DNA of 64,000 nucleotides from Octopus vulgaris (lineage: Eukaryota). The notes under the pieces are model-generated. The model made no database searches. It saw only the letters and a program-made list of their open reading frames with translations, and was not told the DNA's origin. A program made the translations under genes and the position numbers. Below, one piece after another: positions 26,292-38,486 of the stretch (the first letter of the stretch is position 1; each line of letters starts with the position of its first letter). The stretch covers positions 152,458,001 through 152,522,000 of the forward strand of contig OX597815.1 of assembly GCA_951406725.2 (NCBI GenBank), read 5' to 3'.

Positions 26292-28019
26292 TTACAGCAT
26301 AAAATATTATTTATACAATGTTCCTATTATTTACATCAATATCTTGTACCTCCCTATTGCACCTATCTACATCTAGGTAGACTGCACTATAGAGAGTTGT
26401 GTTTATCAGGGACAGAGAGCAGTGCTGGGGCTAGATTTGAACTGTTGACCCTTGACACAGGGAATCAATACAGTATCCTCTCAATCAGCTTATATCAATG
26501 ATTTATTGAAAGTATGTGAGGGCATTATCTATGACATTGTCGACTTGTTATGCTTTTGAAATTGATACAGAATGTACCAGTCATATACTAGGGTAAAACC
26601 AATTCACCAACATCAGTTCATAATTATCATCATCATCTTAATGTCCATTTTTCCATGTTTGTCAGTCTTAGACAACTTCTCCAGCATAACTGTTGTGATT
26701 AACTTTTGCTATGCTTTTCCATCTCTTCCTCCATCGTTTTCTATAGGTTCTTTCCACTTGGAACCTTTATCTTCCATATTCCTTCTATATCTGTATCATC
26801 TCTTTTGTGCACTATCTCTGATTCTTCTGAGATCCACATTTTCTTCCAACTCATCTTTGTTCCAGCATTCCTTCATACTAACATACTTCTAGTGAAGTAT
26901 GCTTACCTTATTTCTTGTCAGTTTTTATACATACTCCGCATTCAATGCAGCATTACACTTTACAAATAAACATCATACAATCTACTCTTCATCTTGGCAT
27001 GGAATCCCTTAGTTGCGAGTGAACATAATAGCTTTCAGTGCATTCTTCACTTAACTTTTTTTTCTCTAACTAAAATGTTACATACAAAGTGCTTTCTCTC
27101 TGTCAGTCTACCTCTGATCCAACTATACCTCTAATGTATAATGGGTATACCATATCGAATTCCTATCCCCACCCCCACCCACCTTTCTTGCATGTCAAAT
27201 ATGATAACTCTCCAGATGATATAGATACTGATTGATGCAGTGATTCCTTCAGGACTTAACTGTTGTAGATGTAAGGTCCAGATGTTGGTAACTCCTGTCT
27301 TCTTTCCTGTTAACTAAAATTCTTTTCATTGCTTGGTTTTCTTTCAGACCTCTCCATTACCAACTTCTCTATAAAACTGTGGCCTTGATCCAGAGCAAAA
27401 TTTCCTATGAGTCATGAACCCTAGTTCATGTTTATAGCTAGTGTGTTTTATAATATATGATGTCTATCTGACAATATTATATTTTGCATTTTGTGTAGCT
27501 GAGATTATTCTGGTATCATATTCGTATTTCATTGGTCTTGCTGCAGCCAATATTACTAGTATTGTTTGGTAGTCTAATCCCTGCTGTCTACATGTTGATA
27601 TGTTATAAATATTAAATAGCCAGAGAAGGAGAGGCATTACATATGCCCTTTTCAGGAATTGATCATGTGATGTTATCAAGTGATCTTCAATGTTAGGAGC
27701 AAATGGTGTAACTGTTGACGATCTATGTTGATTCTTTTGGCTCTGATACACTTTTGCCTACACAAACACTTTTCCTTCCATTTGTTTACCAAAAATTTTC
27801 CCAAAAGTAATTTTCAATTTGTCTTTCATTTCTTCTCCACCTTCATCCTTTCTTTCAACCTCTGATATTTTTATCAACATCTTTAAAAACTGAGAACAAT
27901 GTCTTATACTGTTCATGTTTCTTAACAATGCTTATTTCTCTACTGATAAAGTTTCTTTATTATATTTATATTACTGCTAATGTTGTTGCAATTAGTTCTT
28001 GTTTTTGTGTCTTTTGCAG

Positions 28020-28225
28020 GTATCTCTCTGGGCATTGCTACTGATGCCCTAACAAATATCGACGGGGATAATGGTAATAACGATATAATAAAGAGCTTTC
28101 AGATGCTAGAAACATGGCTTACGCGCTGCAATAGTAACACAAATGCATTTGAAATACTCAGAGGAGCTCTTGAAAATGCTAACTGTTTGCCTGCACTTAA
28201 CTATCTACCATCAGGCAAAAAGTAA
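28020..28225 (+). CDS. Terminal coding exon, remainder of the Death domain
   Basis: Polypyrimidine tract and ttgcag acceptor. GISLGIATDALTNIDGDNGNNDIIKSFQMLETWLTRCNSNTNAFEILRGALENANCLPALNYLPSGKK* matches the Death-fold pattern LG......I..dn.......ML..W..........L..AL (ORF 27980..28225). Confidence 0.8.
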
Positions 28226-28384
28226 ATTTCTGAGTAAATGCAGATGTTGTTTGGCCCCAGGCCAATCCTCGCCAGACAGAAACCTATGATTTAATGCATT
28301 CTGGCTGGAATGCATTAAATCATAAATTCACTGATCATTGCTCATTTTCTACATGAAAAAAAACTTTATGAATGTATATTTCAA

Positions 28385-28390
28385 AATAAA
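28385..28390 (+). promoter_or_regulatory. Candidate polyadenylation signal
   Basis: AATAAA 160 nt after the stop codon. Confidence 0.45.
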
Positions 28391-28593
28391 TCCATGGATT
28401 AAATAACCGTGTTTGAACATTCTGTCACATAAAAATGATGATACAAGGCACTGGGGCAATATAATACTTTTTTCTTTTTTCTTTTTTTTGGGGAGTGGGC
28501 AGTACTGTTTGTCTAACACAATGAAAGAAAAGTTTTTTATGTGTGAATGAATTTGGTAAATGGAAATTGAAAGAAGCTTGTCATACATATTTT

Positions 28594-31500
28594 CATCATC
28601 ATCATCATCATCGTTTAACGTCCGTTTTCCATGCTAGCATGGGTTGGACAGTTCGACCGGGGTCTGGGAAGCCAGGTGGCTGTGCCAGGCTCCAGTCTGG
28701 TCTGGCAATGTTTCTACAGCTGGATGCCCTTCCTAAAACCAACCACTCCGTGAGTGTAGTGGGTGCTTTTTACATGCCACTGGCACAGGGGTCAGAGGAG
28801 GCTAGCAAGCAGCCACGATCGGTAGGTGCTTTTTTTGTGTCACCGACATGGATGCTCGTCAGGTGCTGCTGGCATCAGCCATGTTCAGATGGTTCTTTTT
28901 ATGTGTCAGCAGCACAGGAATCTTAACTACAATTTCCATTTGATTTTTATTTTGATGTTGGTGTTGACGTACTTGACACAATAAGTCTCCTCAAGAGCAG
29001 GCCATCCTGCGTGCCATAAACTCACTTCAGTCGTCGGACCTTCACAGTTACAGCATATCTCAGAGGTCTCAGTCTTTCGTCATTTCCTCTGTGAAGCCCA
29101 ACATGCCACCGGCATGGGTATCACAACTACAATATCCATTTGATTTTTATTTTGATATTGATGTACTTGACTCAATAGGTCCCTTCAAGCACAGCAGGTC
29201 ACCCTACGAACCAAGGTTAGCACAGCAGGCCATCCTGCGAGCCATGAACTCACTTCATTTGTCGGGTCTTCGAAGTCACAGCATATCTCCAGAGGTTTCG
29301 GTCTTTTGTCATTGCCTCTGTGAGGCCCAATGTATGAAGGTCATGCTTGAACACCTCATCCCATGTCTTCCTGGGTCTACTTCTACACCGGATTCCATCA
29401 ACAGTTTGGGAGTGGCACTTCTTCACACAGCTCTCCTCATCTATCTGTAGTACATGACCATACCAACGCAAATGTCTCTCCTGCACACCACATCTGATGC
29501 TTCTTATGTCCAACATTTCTCTTAGGGCGCTTACACTCTGTCATGCATGGACACTGACATTACACATCCAGCAAATCATGCTAGCTTCATTTCTTTCAAG
29601 CCTATGTTTCACTGCCTTGAAGCATGGCAATTTGCACACATGTGTTGTACAATCTACCTTTCACTCTGAGCAAGAGACCCTTTGTCATCAGTCGGGGTAG
29701 AAGCTTTCTAAACTTTGCCCAGGCTATTCTTATTCTAGTGGTAACACTCTCTGAGCATCAACCCCCACTATCAACTTGGTCACCTAGGTAGTGGAAACTA
29801 TCAACTATTTCTAGTTTCTTCCCCTGGAGTGTAGTAGAATCTGTTTTCTGAGTATCTGTGGCGTCTATTGTCCCTGTGAATCTGCTGCACATGAAAGCTA
29901 TCTTCTCGGTTATTTTTCCTTTGATGTTGCTGCACCTCTTATGCATCCATAGCTTACACTTGGTACATTTTATGGAGTTTCTACCTAAACTTTTCTACAG
30001 ATCAAGCAGGGCCACCTACATGAGGGGTGGGGGTGATGAGTTCGCCTTTCTACTTAGTATAACTTTGGTCTTTGCTACATTGACTCTAAGGCCTTTTGAT
30101 TCTAAACCTAGCTTCCACACCCAAAATTTATTTTCTAGTTCCCATAGCGATTCTGCTATGAGGGCCAGGTCATCAGCATAGAGGAGCTCCCAGGGGCAAC
30201 CCATCTTCAATTCTTCTGTTATTGCCTGGAGGACTATGATGAATAAAAGGGGACTGAGGGCTGAACCTTGGTGGACCCCTACTTCTACCTTGAATTCTTC
30301 ACTATACTCGTTGCCAATCCTAACCTTACTAACGGCCTCTCTGTATAGGGCCTGTACAGCCCTTATTAACCATTCGTCTATCTCCAGTTTCCAAGTTTGC
30401 TCACCAGATAAAGGATAGGGGGACTCTGTCAAAGGCTTTCTCCAAGTCCACAAAAGCTAAGTAGAGGGGTTTATCTTTAGCTAGGTATTTCTCCTGCAGT
30501 TGTCGAACCAGGAATATGGCATCAGTGGTGCTTCTACCCGGAACAAAACCAAATTACATCTCATCTAATCAGACTCCCTCCCTAATGAGATGGACTATGA
30601 CCCTCTCTGTGACCTTCATCACCTGATCCAACAGTTTAATACCCCTGTAGTTATTTCTATCTAGAGCATCACCTTGTAGCTTGACGTCGTAGATCTTGGA
30701 GATTTGGATCTCCCTCGAGCCGAGCCACCCTCGCCCCCTCCACGAGTTCAAGAGTGTCACCAGAGATCCAGTTCCTATGATGGCAGCGAGTAGACCCGAG
30801 ATGTTTTCGGGCCACCTCAACTGTTGCTTCCTTCAGCACTTGCCACTCCTGCTCCGGCTGTTGCTCCACCACATTACCAACCAACTGGAATCGAGTTTGA
30901 GTCGCAAGATGCTGATTCTCTTCTTGTGGTTAGGAGGAGGTTTCGCCTGCAGCCACAAATGAAAGGTTGCCCAAACAAGAGTATGGTCTGACCAATGCTA
31001 GCTTCCCTTTATCAGCCCCGCGATATGCACGAGAGTCTACCACTGATCTAGCCCAGTGAGACCTGACCAGTATGTAGTCAATCTGATTGGCTGTTCTCCT
31101 GTCATTGGACCGGGCTGATCGAAATGCACACTGGCGTGCATTTGCGGAGCAGACAGAGAGAGCAGCAGTATGCGGCAACTCACGGAAGCTTTACCAACTG
31201 GTGAAGCAGGGCAGCCGAAGCAATCTGGGTGTCAGCGAGATGATCCATGATCGGAACGGTGTGGTCATTACCAACCTCAGTGACCGGGTGGGCCAATGGT
31301 GGGACTACTTCTCCGAGCTCCTCAATCACCTGCCTCCATCTACGACAACCAATGCGCAGCCGCCTGGAGAAGAGTACAGATGCAACACTGCCCCTCCAAT
31401 GGTCGAGGAGGTGCGTGGTATCCTGAAAAATCTCCAGAACAACAAGGCCCCGTGTGAGGACGGTGTCCCAGCTGAGATCTACAAGACCGAGCCTGATGTC

Positions 31501-33307
31501 TTCGCAGCCTGGCTCCATCATGTTTTCTCTGCTGTGTGGGTGACGGAGCATTTTCCTGATGACTGGAGTGAGATAACTCTTTTACCTTTCTTCAAAAAAG
31601 GTGATAGAAAGCTGTGTTCCAACTATAGAGGCATCATCTTGATCAATGTGGTTGCAAAAACCTTTGCAATCCTTCTTCTGAAGAGGTTCCAGGCCATCCG
31701 TGATGTTCGTACTCGTCCTTCTCAGGACAGCTTCCATCCTGGGAGAGGGTGCGTTGATCAAATCTTCAATCTCCGGCAAGTCCTGGAACAGTGGTGGGCG
31801 CACCAACAACATATCGTTCTCTGCTTCATCGATTTTGTGGCTGCCTTTGACTTGGTGGGTCGGGAGGCCCTCTGGCATATTATGCAGGCGGACGGTATCC
31901 CTGTAAAGCTGCTAAACCTCATACTGGGTTACTATCGTTCAGCGAGGGCTCGTGTGAGGGTCTATGGCAGGGAGACGGAGTCATTTGATGTCACTACAGG
32001 TGTTTGACAGGGTTGTACGCTCTCACCAATTATGCCATCGATTACATTCTCAACACTGTGCTTCGGGATTACCCAGGCATAGAGGCTGGGAGAGGAGTCG
32101 TGGTGACGGACCTGGCCTATGCAGATGACATCACGCTCTTGGGCTCTAACCGGGTAGATGTCCAAGATGCTCTCAAAAGGGTGCATGCGGCAGCGGCAGC
32201 TGTCAGTCTTCAGATCAATACTGGCAAAACAAAAGGGATGACGTCTCTGGTCACAGCAGATGAATGGCAGCCAATCGTTCTTGAGGGCATGGAGCTGAAG
32301 GATGTGGAGTCCTTCGTCTACCTGGGTTCCAACAAGCCAGGGCACAGCCGAGGTCAAGCATCGCATAGGTGTTGCCAGGTCAGCATTCGTGCATCTCCAG
32401 CAGTGCCTGTGGGACAGAAGAGAGATCTCCTTTGTGACCAAAGGGCAAATTTACCAGGCCATCGTTCATACTATCCTCCTCTATGGTTGCAAAACATGGC
32501 CTATTAGGGTAGCTGATCAGCGAAGGCTAGAGGTGTTCGACAATGACTGTCTCTGCCGCATTCTTCACTGCTGACACATTGATCGGGTTCCTACAGTCTT
32601 TGTCATCGCCTGAATCTCCGGCCCCTTCCCTTTGATGCTTTTACAATGGCACTTAAGGTGGTTCGGTCATGCAGCCCACCATCCAGAGGGGGAGCTGATT
32701 CATGATGTCCTCTTCCCAGCTGGCACAAATGCAGAGGCAGACAGCTGAAGACCTGGGCCACGATGATAAAGGAGGACCTCTCCGAACTATCAGGTCCACA
32801 GGTGGTCGGTCTGCGCAGAGGGAACCGCGAATAGCTCGCTATCTTCAGTGACCCCGCACGGGACCGTCAAGCATGAGCCACCATGGTTCGTGATACAGTT
32901 AGGACTAGAGGAGAAGCCGGCTCAACCCGCCCTGGGTGAATGCCATCACAAGTACAAGTAAGTACCCTTGGAGCAGTTGACTATGGTGCTGCTACGCCAG
33001 TTATTGGGTATGACTCCATTATGAACTACCTGGTTTACAATGCGGGTGGCTAGGCCATAGCCCACACCACCAGATGCTTTAAGCATCTCAGCAGTGATTC
33101 TAGATGGGCCGGGGGCTTTTCCTGGCTTCATGCCCTTAATTGCTTTATCTACTAGGGAGCTGTCTATTGGGATATCTGGTCCTTCTACTGGGTCAACATT
33201 TGGCAGGTTCTCCTCCTCCCATTCATTCTCCACATTCAGCAGTCTTTCATAATGGCTTCTCCAAGCCTCTTTCTTTTCAGAAACATTAAAAGCAAGTGCA
33301 TCATCAT
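28594..33307 (-). mobile_element. Degraded, 5'-truncated RTE-clade LINE interrupted by a nested element
   Basis: RT motifs KAPGPS..TAEML, NYRGIKLL, GVHQGSALSPLLF, LLYADDL and LRWYGHV across frameshifted ORFs; (GAT)n tail at 28594. Confidence 0.9.
30676..32963 (+). mobile_element. Nested RTE-clade LINE with an inverted 5' segment
   Basis: Plus-strand RT (31087-32574: KAPCEDG, NYRGI, FIDFVAAFD, LAYADDI) and CAAGTA tail. Segment 30676-31110 encodes the endonuclease end and linker (NQIDYILV) on the minus strand. It splits the host reading NCSKG/KGDALDRNNYRG. Confidence 0.9.
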
Positions 33308-33312
33308 ATATG

Positions 33313-33343
<31 letters not shown>

Positions 33344-33699
33344 GTATATATGTATATATATGTATATATATGTATATATGTATATATATATATATAGTTC
33401 TGTATAGAAAAAAATTGCTCTTTCTAAGGATGTCTTACATCCAAGTGTCCACTGGTTTATCTCTATATCGATTAATGTTTTCATCTTTTAGATATATGAG
33501 AACAGAATTTTTGTAATATAATATAATATTTAAAAAATGGAGTGCTTGAACACAGCAAAATCAATTTCTTTACATAGTTGTCAATTTCATAATGCCTACG
33601 CATGTTTCAATATCTACCATGTAGCACCACATGGACACCTTTATGCAGCACAGCCACCTGTGCTTTTCACCACTAGAAGGGACCAGTCTTAACTCTTCT

Positions 33700-33945
33700 G
33701 CTGCAGAGTATGGGTCTTCTTGGAGTAGAGCATCTCAGTCCTTTGTCATCTTGCCTGAAAGGTTCGTTGCCCTGAGGTTCTTCAGTACTTCATCCCATGT
33801 CTTCCTTGTTCTCCCACTTCCATGTGTTCCACTGAAAGATTGGTACTTCTTTATGGAGCTATCGTCATCCTTCCACATCACAGGACCAAACCAGTGCAGT
33901 CTTCTCTCTTGTACACAACAACCAATTGGCCTTTTCATAACCAAC
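33700..33945 (-). mobile_element. RTE LINE 3' fragment
   Basis: VQERRLHWFG...GRTRKTWDEV. Confidence 0.7.
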
Positions 33946-34149
33946 CTAGTATATATGCTATCTACCTTCTTTGAGGAGACCTATTGAGTCAAGTAAAATA
34001 AAAAATCATGGCATGGGTTGGATGGTTTGACTGGGGACTGGCAAGCCAGGAGGCTGCACCAGGCTCCAATCTGATCTGGCAATGTTTCTATAGCTGGATG
34101 CCCTTCCTAATGCCAACCACTCCAAGAGTGTACTGGGTGCTTTTTATGT

Positions 34150-34450
34150 GCCACCTGGTCAGGTTTGTTGGACACAATGTGAGACAACTGTTGTTATCGC
34201 TAGACCTAATTCATCGTAAAGAAAATACGACCATGACCGATATCCAAACTACAGCAGAAAAGGCTAGCCACTGGATTTGGTTAAAAAGAGACGATGAGTG
34301 ATGACTATAAGAATATTGAGCTTTATTTAATAACCAGTTGATCTAGCAAGCAGGGCCTCATATCAGTGAGTGGGACCAGTGCGCATTGATGCCGTCAAGA
34401 GGTAGGCACTGAAACAGTGCGCATTCTCTCCTGATGACCCCATACACTTG
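34150..34450 (+). mobile_element. 3' remnant of a restriction-like-endonuclease non-LTR element (HERO-like)
   Basis: AEKASHWIWLKR C-terminal motif followed by a short UTR; clade recalled, not searched. Confidence 0.45.
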
Positions 34451-35455
34451 CTGGATTGTGGTATGCAGAGTTCTCGGCTGGTAGCACTTGCATGTGAAGG
34501 TTATTTGCAAAAACCCCAGCATAATTTTCACAGCTACAAAATTATATAACTAAAAACGTTACATTACATGAACTACACTTGAAAATAATGTTATTAAGTA
34601 ACCAACTACTACAATACATAATGAGGCCTGTCAAAACAGTAACATAAATTTTAACCTATTTTTACCTGACTTCGGGCAGCATCTGGTGTGAAACCATGGT
34701 CAACTTGCACAAGCTTACAAACAGATCAGATTTCAGATTCAAAAGAAGCTCCCCTCATTTACTCCTGAATCTTAACCAACAAACAACTAACTGTATTCAG
34801 TTCACTTTGAAGCTAGCTGCTGAACAGACCTTCAACAAATCTGCACAGAAAATCATGCCCAAATGCACTGGAAACACATGTAGGTTGTAACAAGGAATAA
34901 ATTTTGAAGATGTACCAGTTTCTATATTCCATATCATTATAATTATTGCTAATATACACTTCAGATAATGTTAACATCCAGAGAAGCAAACATGGAATTA
35001 CCCAATGGTGGAATTTACTGTGTAGTGATGCTGCTGTGTAAGGTTCAACGCACATGCGCAGAATGGGATTACTTTTGGTTGGCCACCGGAAGTCTTCCCT
35101 ATGTGCATGTGCGGGAAACTAATCCCTAAAACACGGTCCACTCACTCAGTCTTTCTGGCCCCAGCAGCACTCGAGAACGGACGTGTACTTGGCAGTCTCT
35201 GAGGACTTTATACCAACCAAGCAGCGAACCACAACGAATCATTTCGACTAACAAACAAGAATCAGTACTACAGATTCGGCTGTCGGTTTCCCTCCAGAGA
35301 ACACGTACACCAGTTCTACATTACGACGAGAAATAAACAACATTTTGCTGTGTTCGTAGATCGCCTGACTTGTCTGTTATTTTAACTAAAATTGAATGTG
35401 ACGGGATCAGATCGGACACCCCTACAGTGATACCGAATCTAGATCCTGTTACAAT

Positions 35456-35467
35456 TGGTGACCCCGA
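35456..35467 (+). promoter_or_regulatory. Primer-binding site (tRNA-Trp-like)
   Basis: TGGTGACCCCGA 2 nt after the 5' LTR, complementary to the eukaryotic tRNA-Trp 3' end TCGGGGTCACCA. Confidence 0.75.
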
Positions 35468-35818
35468 GTAAAAAAAAAGAACAGAAGACGCAGCGAACAG
35501 GTTTTGCCAGTTAGCACACTGAACACTCAGTTTCATTTTCATTTTCTTTTCCTTTCAGGACGGCGAAGGTGCGTACAAACAAAAGTTTTATCCATCGCAC
35601 TCAGTACACCGAAAAACAAAACAAAAAAACCACACACACATTATTTTTTCTTTTCTGTAGCTTTTGTTTTTCCTTTGTGCACACACACACCTATTTCTTT
35701 ACTACCCACGATCTAGATTCGGTATCACTGGAGGGGTGTCCGATCTGATCCCGTCACATTCAATTTTAGTTAAAATAACAGACAAGTCAGGCGATCTACG
35801 AACACAGCGAGTGGCGCT

Positions 35819-37527
35819 GTGTTACAACACACTGTGGATGATCACACTCGACCTCTGGCTTTCTTTTCCCGCCAACTGCAACCAGCTGAACCACGATACA
35901 GCACTTTTGATCGTGAGCTCCTAACGATCTATCTATCGGTTCGTCATTTCCAGCATCAACTTGAAGGGCGAGATTTTGTGATCTATACGGATCACAAGCC
36001 CTTACGTTTGCCCTGTGTTCAAAAACGGACAAACTCTCGCCTCGTGCTTTCCGGCACCTGGATTTTATCTCTCAAGTCACTAGTAACATTCGACACATAC
36101 CTGGAAAAGAGAACATTCCTGCTGACGCTCTCTTTTGCCTTCCAGTCTGCGCCCTTTCGTCTCCTGCTGCTATCGACTTAACTGACATCTTGCAGGAGCA
36201 GCCACCTTTGGCGTCGTTAGACTTAACTTCTCCCAAGTTCTCCTGTTGCCAGTTTTCCTACCTTCCGCTTCCGTCAGCCGAAGGCACCATTCTTTGTGAT
36301 ACTTCCACTGGTTCTCCCAGGCCACTCGTGCCTGAGAATCATCAACGCTCAGTATTTGAAGCACTGCACTCCTTATCACATCCTGGCATCGCTGCCACCC
36401 TTAAGCTGATCACTGCTCCGTTTTTCTGGCCGAATATGCATTGCACTATTACTTCTTGGACACGCACCTGCTCCAAATGTCAATGGTCCAAGATTCAACG
36501 GCACGTTCGTGCCCCGCTTGGACATTTTCCTCCTACAGAGGCCCGTTTTCGCCATGTCCACATTGATCTTGTTGGACCATGGCCTGTGAGTCACGGGTTT
36601 TCTTATCTGTTAACTTGTGTCGATCGTTTCTCCCGTTGGCCAGAAGCCATTCCGATAGCAGACATTTCTGCTGAGACTGTTGCGCGAGCCTTCGTTTCGA
36701 ACTGGATTTTCCGTTTCGGAGTTCCGTCCAGAGTGACTACTGATCATGGACGTCAGTTTGAAGCTTCGCTATTTCGCGAATTGTCGCGCATTTTAGGTGT
36801 GCATCATATTCACACTACCAGTTATCATCCAGCGTCTAATGGATTAGTTGAACGGTTCCATAGACAGCTCAAGGCCGCTCTTCATGCCTCTTCAGATCCA
36901 CAGTCTTGGATTGAATTTCTGCCAATTGTACTTCTCGGTTGTCACACTGCTGTCAAGGCAGACCTGGGGTTTTTTTCTGCAGAGCTACTGTATGGTACCA
37001 CACTGGCATTGCCTGGTACGATGTTGGTGCCAGACACTTCCCAGCCCCATGATCCAGCGACCTATGTCGCCAAACTGCGTTCCTATTTTTCAAATCTTCC
37101 GCCCATGGTTCCGAGGAAACAATCTCCACCATCCCATCTCCCACCGGATATGGATACTTGGTCGCATGTTTTTGTTCGGGACGACTCTGTCAAGGGATTT
37201 CTTGTTTCTCCTTATAAAGGACCTTTCCGTGTGCTTTCTTGCACACCTAAGGTTTTCACCATTGAAATGAATGGTCATACGGAGACCGTTTCCGTGGACC
37301 GACTGAAAAAAGCATATTTTGAGGCGTCTTCATCTCTTGATTATACCGTTGCCACACCTACCTATGCACCTTTAACAACACCTTCACCTTCACAGACACC
37401 TTTGCCTTCACCGGCTCCCACAACACCACCTTCGCCGTCAACGGATGCCCCAAGCACACCGTATATTACAAGATCGGGCAGAACAGTACATTGGCCCAAG
37501 AAACTCTCAAAGACAATTTATATTTGA
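35819..37527 (+). pseudogene. pol remnant: RNase H C-terminus (frameshifted) and open integrase region
   Basis: PLAFFSRQL..AE.RYSTFDRELL..YTDHKPL; HHCC zinc finger (HSLSHPG..CSKC); DDE core ([19 protein letters not shown]) in ORF 36190..37527. Confidence 0.9.
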
Positions 37528-37645
37528 CTTTCTTTCTTTTAAATTTCTTGTTTTTGTGCCATATTGTGTACCAAATCTTCTGGGGGATCGGCAGCCATCT
37601 GTTTTCTGCAGCCACTAATATTTTCTTGTTTCGTACTTCCGCACT

Positions 37646-37655
37646 GGAGGGGGAG
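37646..37655 (+). promoter_or_regulatory. Polypurine tract
   Basis: GGAGGGGGAG just before the 3' LTR. Confidence 0.8.
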
Positions 37656-38216
37656 CCATGTAGTGATGCTGCTGTGTAAGGTTCAACGCACATGCGCAGA
37701 ATGGGATTACTTCCGGTTGGCCACCGGAAGTCTTCCACATGTGCATGTGCGGGAAACTGACCCCTAAAACGCGGTCCACTCACTCAGTCTTTCTGGCCCC
37801 AGCAGCACTCGAGAACGGACGTGTATTTGGCAGTCTCTGAGGACTTCATACCAACCAAGCAGTGAACCACGACGAATGATTTCGATTAACAAACAAGAAT
37901 CAGTACTACAGATTCGGCTGTCGGTTTCCCTCCAGAGAACACGTACACCAGTTCTACATTATGACGAGAAATAAACAACATTTTGTGTTCGTAGATCGCC
38001 TGACTTGTCTGTTATTTTAACTAAAATTGAATGTGACGAGATCAGATTGGACACCCCTCCAGTGATACCGAATCTAGATCCTGTTACAACTGCATAAATG
38101 ACTACTCATAGAAGTCAGAGATATTAAATACTAATTGAAGCAGATAGCCGTAACCTGGAGCATAACTGAGAGCTATTACAGTATCTACCCAGATAATGTA
38201 TCCCTCTAAAGCACAT

Positions 38217-38252
<36 letters not shown>

Positions 38253-38258
<6 letters not shown>

Positions 38259-38486
38259 TGTTGTGTCTGAGGAGAGTAATTTTCTTTTTGTGCCTTATAA
38301 TGTAACGCACTCACAGATAAAATTTCCACTTTTTTTCTTATTTTTATTTTGCTCTTGAAAAGGTTGCAAGATGCAACGAAAATTTTAGGGAAATAAAAAT
38401 AAGAAATAAGTGGAAATTTTACTGGTGAGTGTGTTACATTATAAGGCACAAAAAGAAAATGACTCTCCCCAGACACAACAGAATAT
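38253..38486. repeat. Fold-back (MITE-like) inverted repeat
   Basis: Arms of about 95 bp at 38253-38350 and 38391-38486. Confidence 0.8.

Larger units (their letters stand above)
1262..28390 (+). other. 3' portion of a spliced gene encoding a protein with a C-terminal Death domain and a repetitive acidic/Tyr/Pro region (5' end outside the window)
   Basis: Series of AG...GT(G/A)AG-bounded exons of 129, 66, 90 and 72 nt, all phase 1-1. They join in frame to a terminal exon (28020-28225) ending in TAA, with AATAAA at 28385. The spliced C-terminus shows the Death-domain pattern. Confidence 0.75.
35021..38088 (+). mobile_element. Internally deleted Ty3/Gypsy LTR retrotransposon
   Basis: TG...CA LTRs at 35021-35453 and 37659-38088; 4-bp TSD ACTG (35017-35020 and 38089-38092); PBS and PPT present; RNase H then integrase; gag, protease and RT absent. 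Confidence 0.95.

Noticed and set aside
27980-28019. Signal-peptide-like start MLLQLVLVFVSFA suggesting a secreted 81-aa protein
   Set aside because: It is the T-rich polypyrimidine tract of the acceptor at 28019; the downstream peptide needs exon D to complete the Death domain
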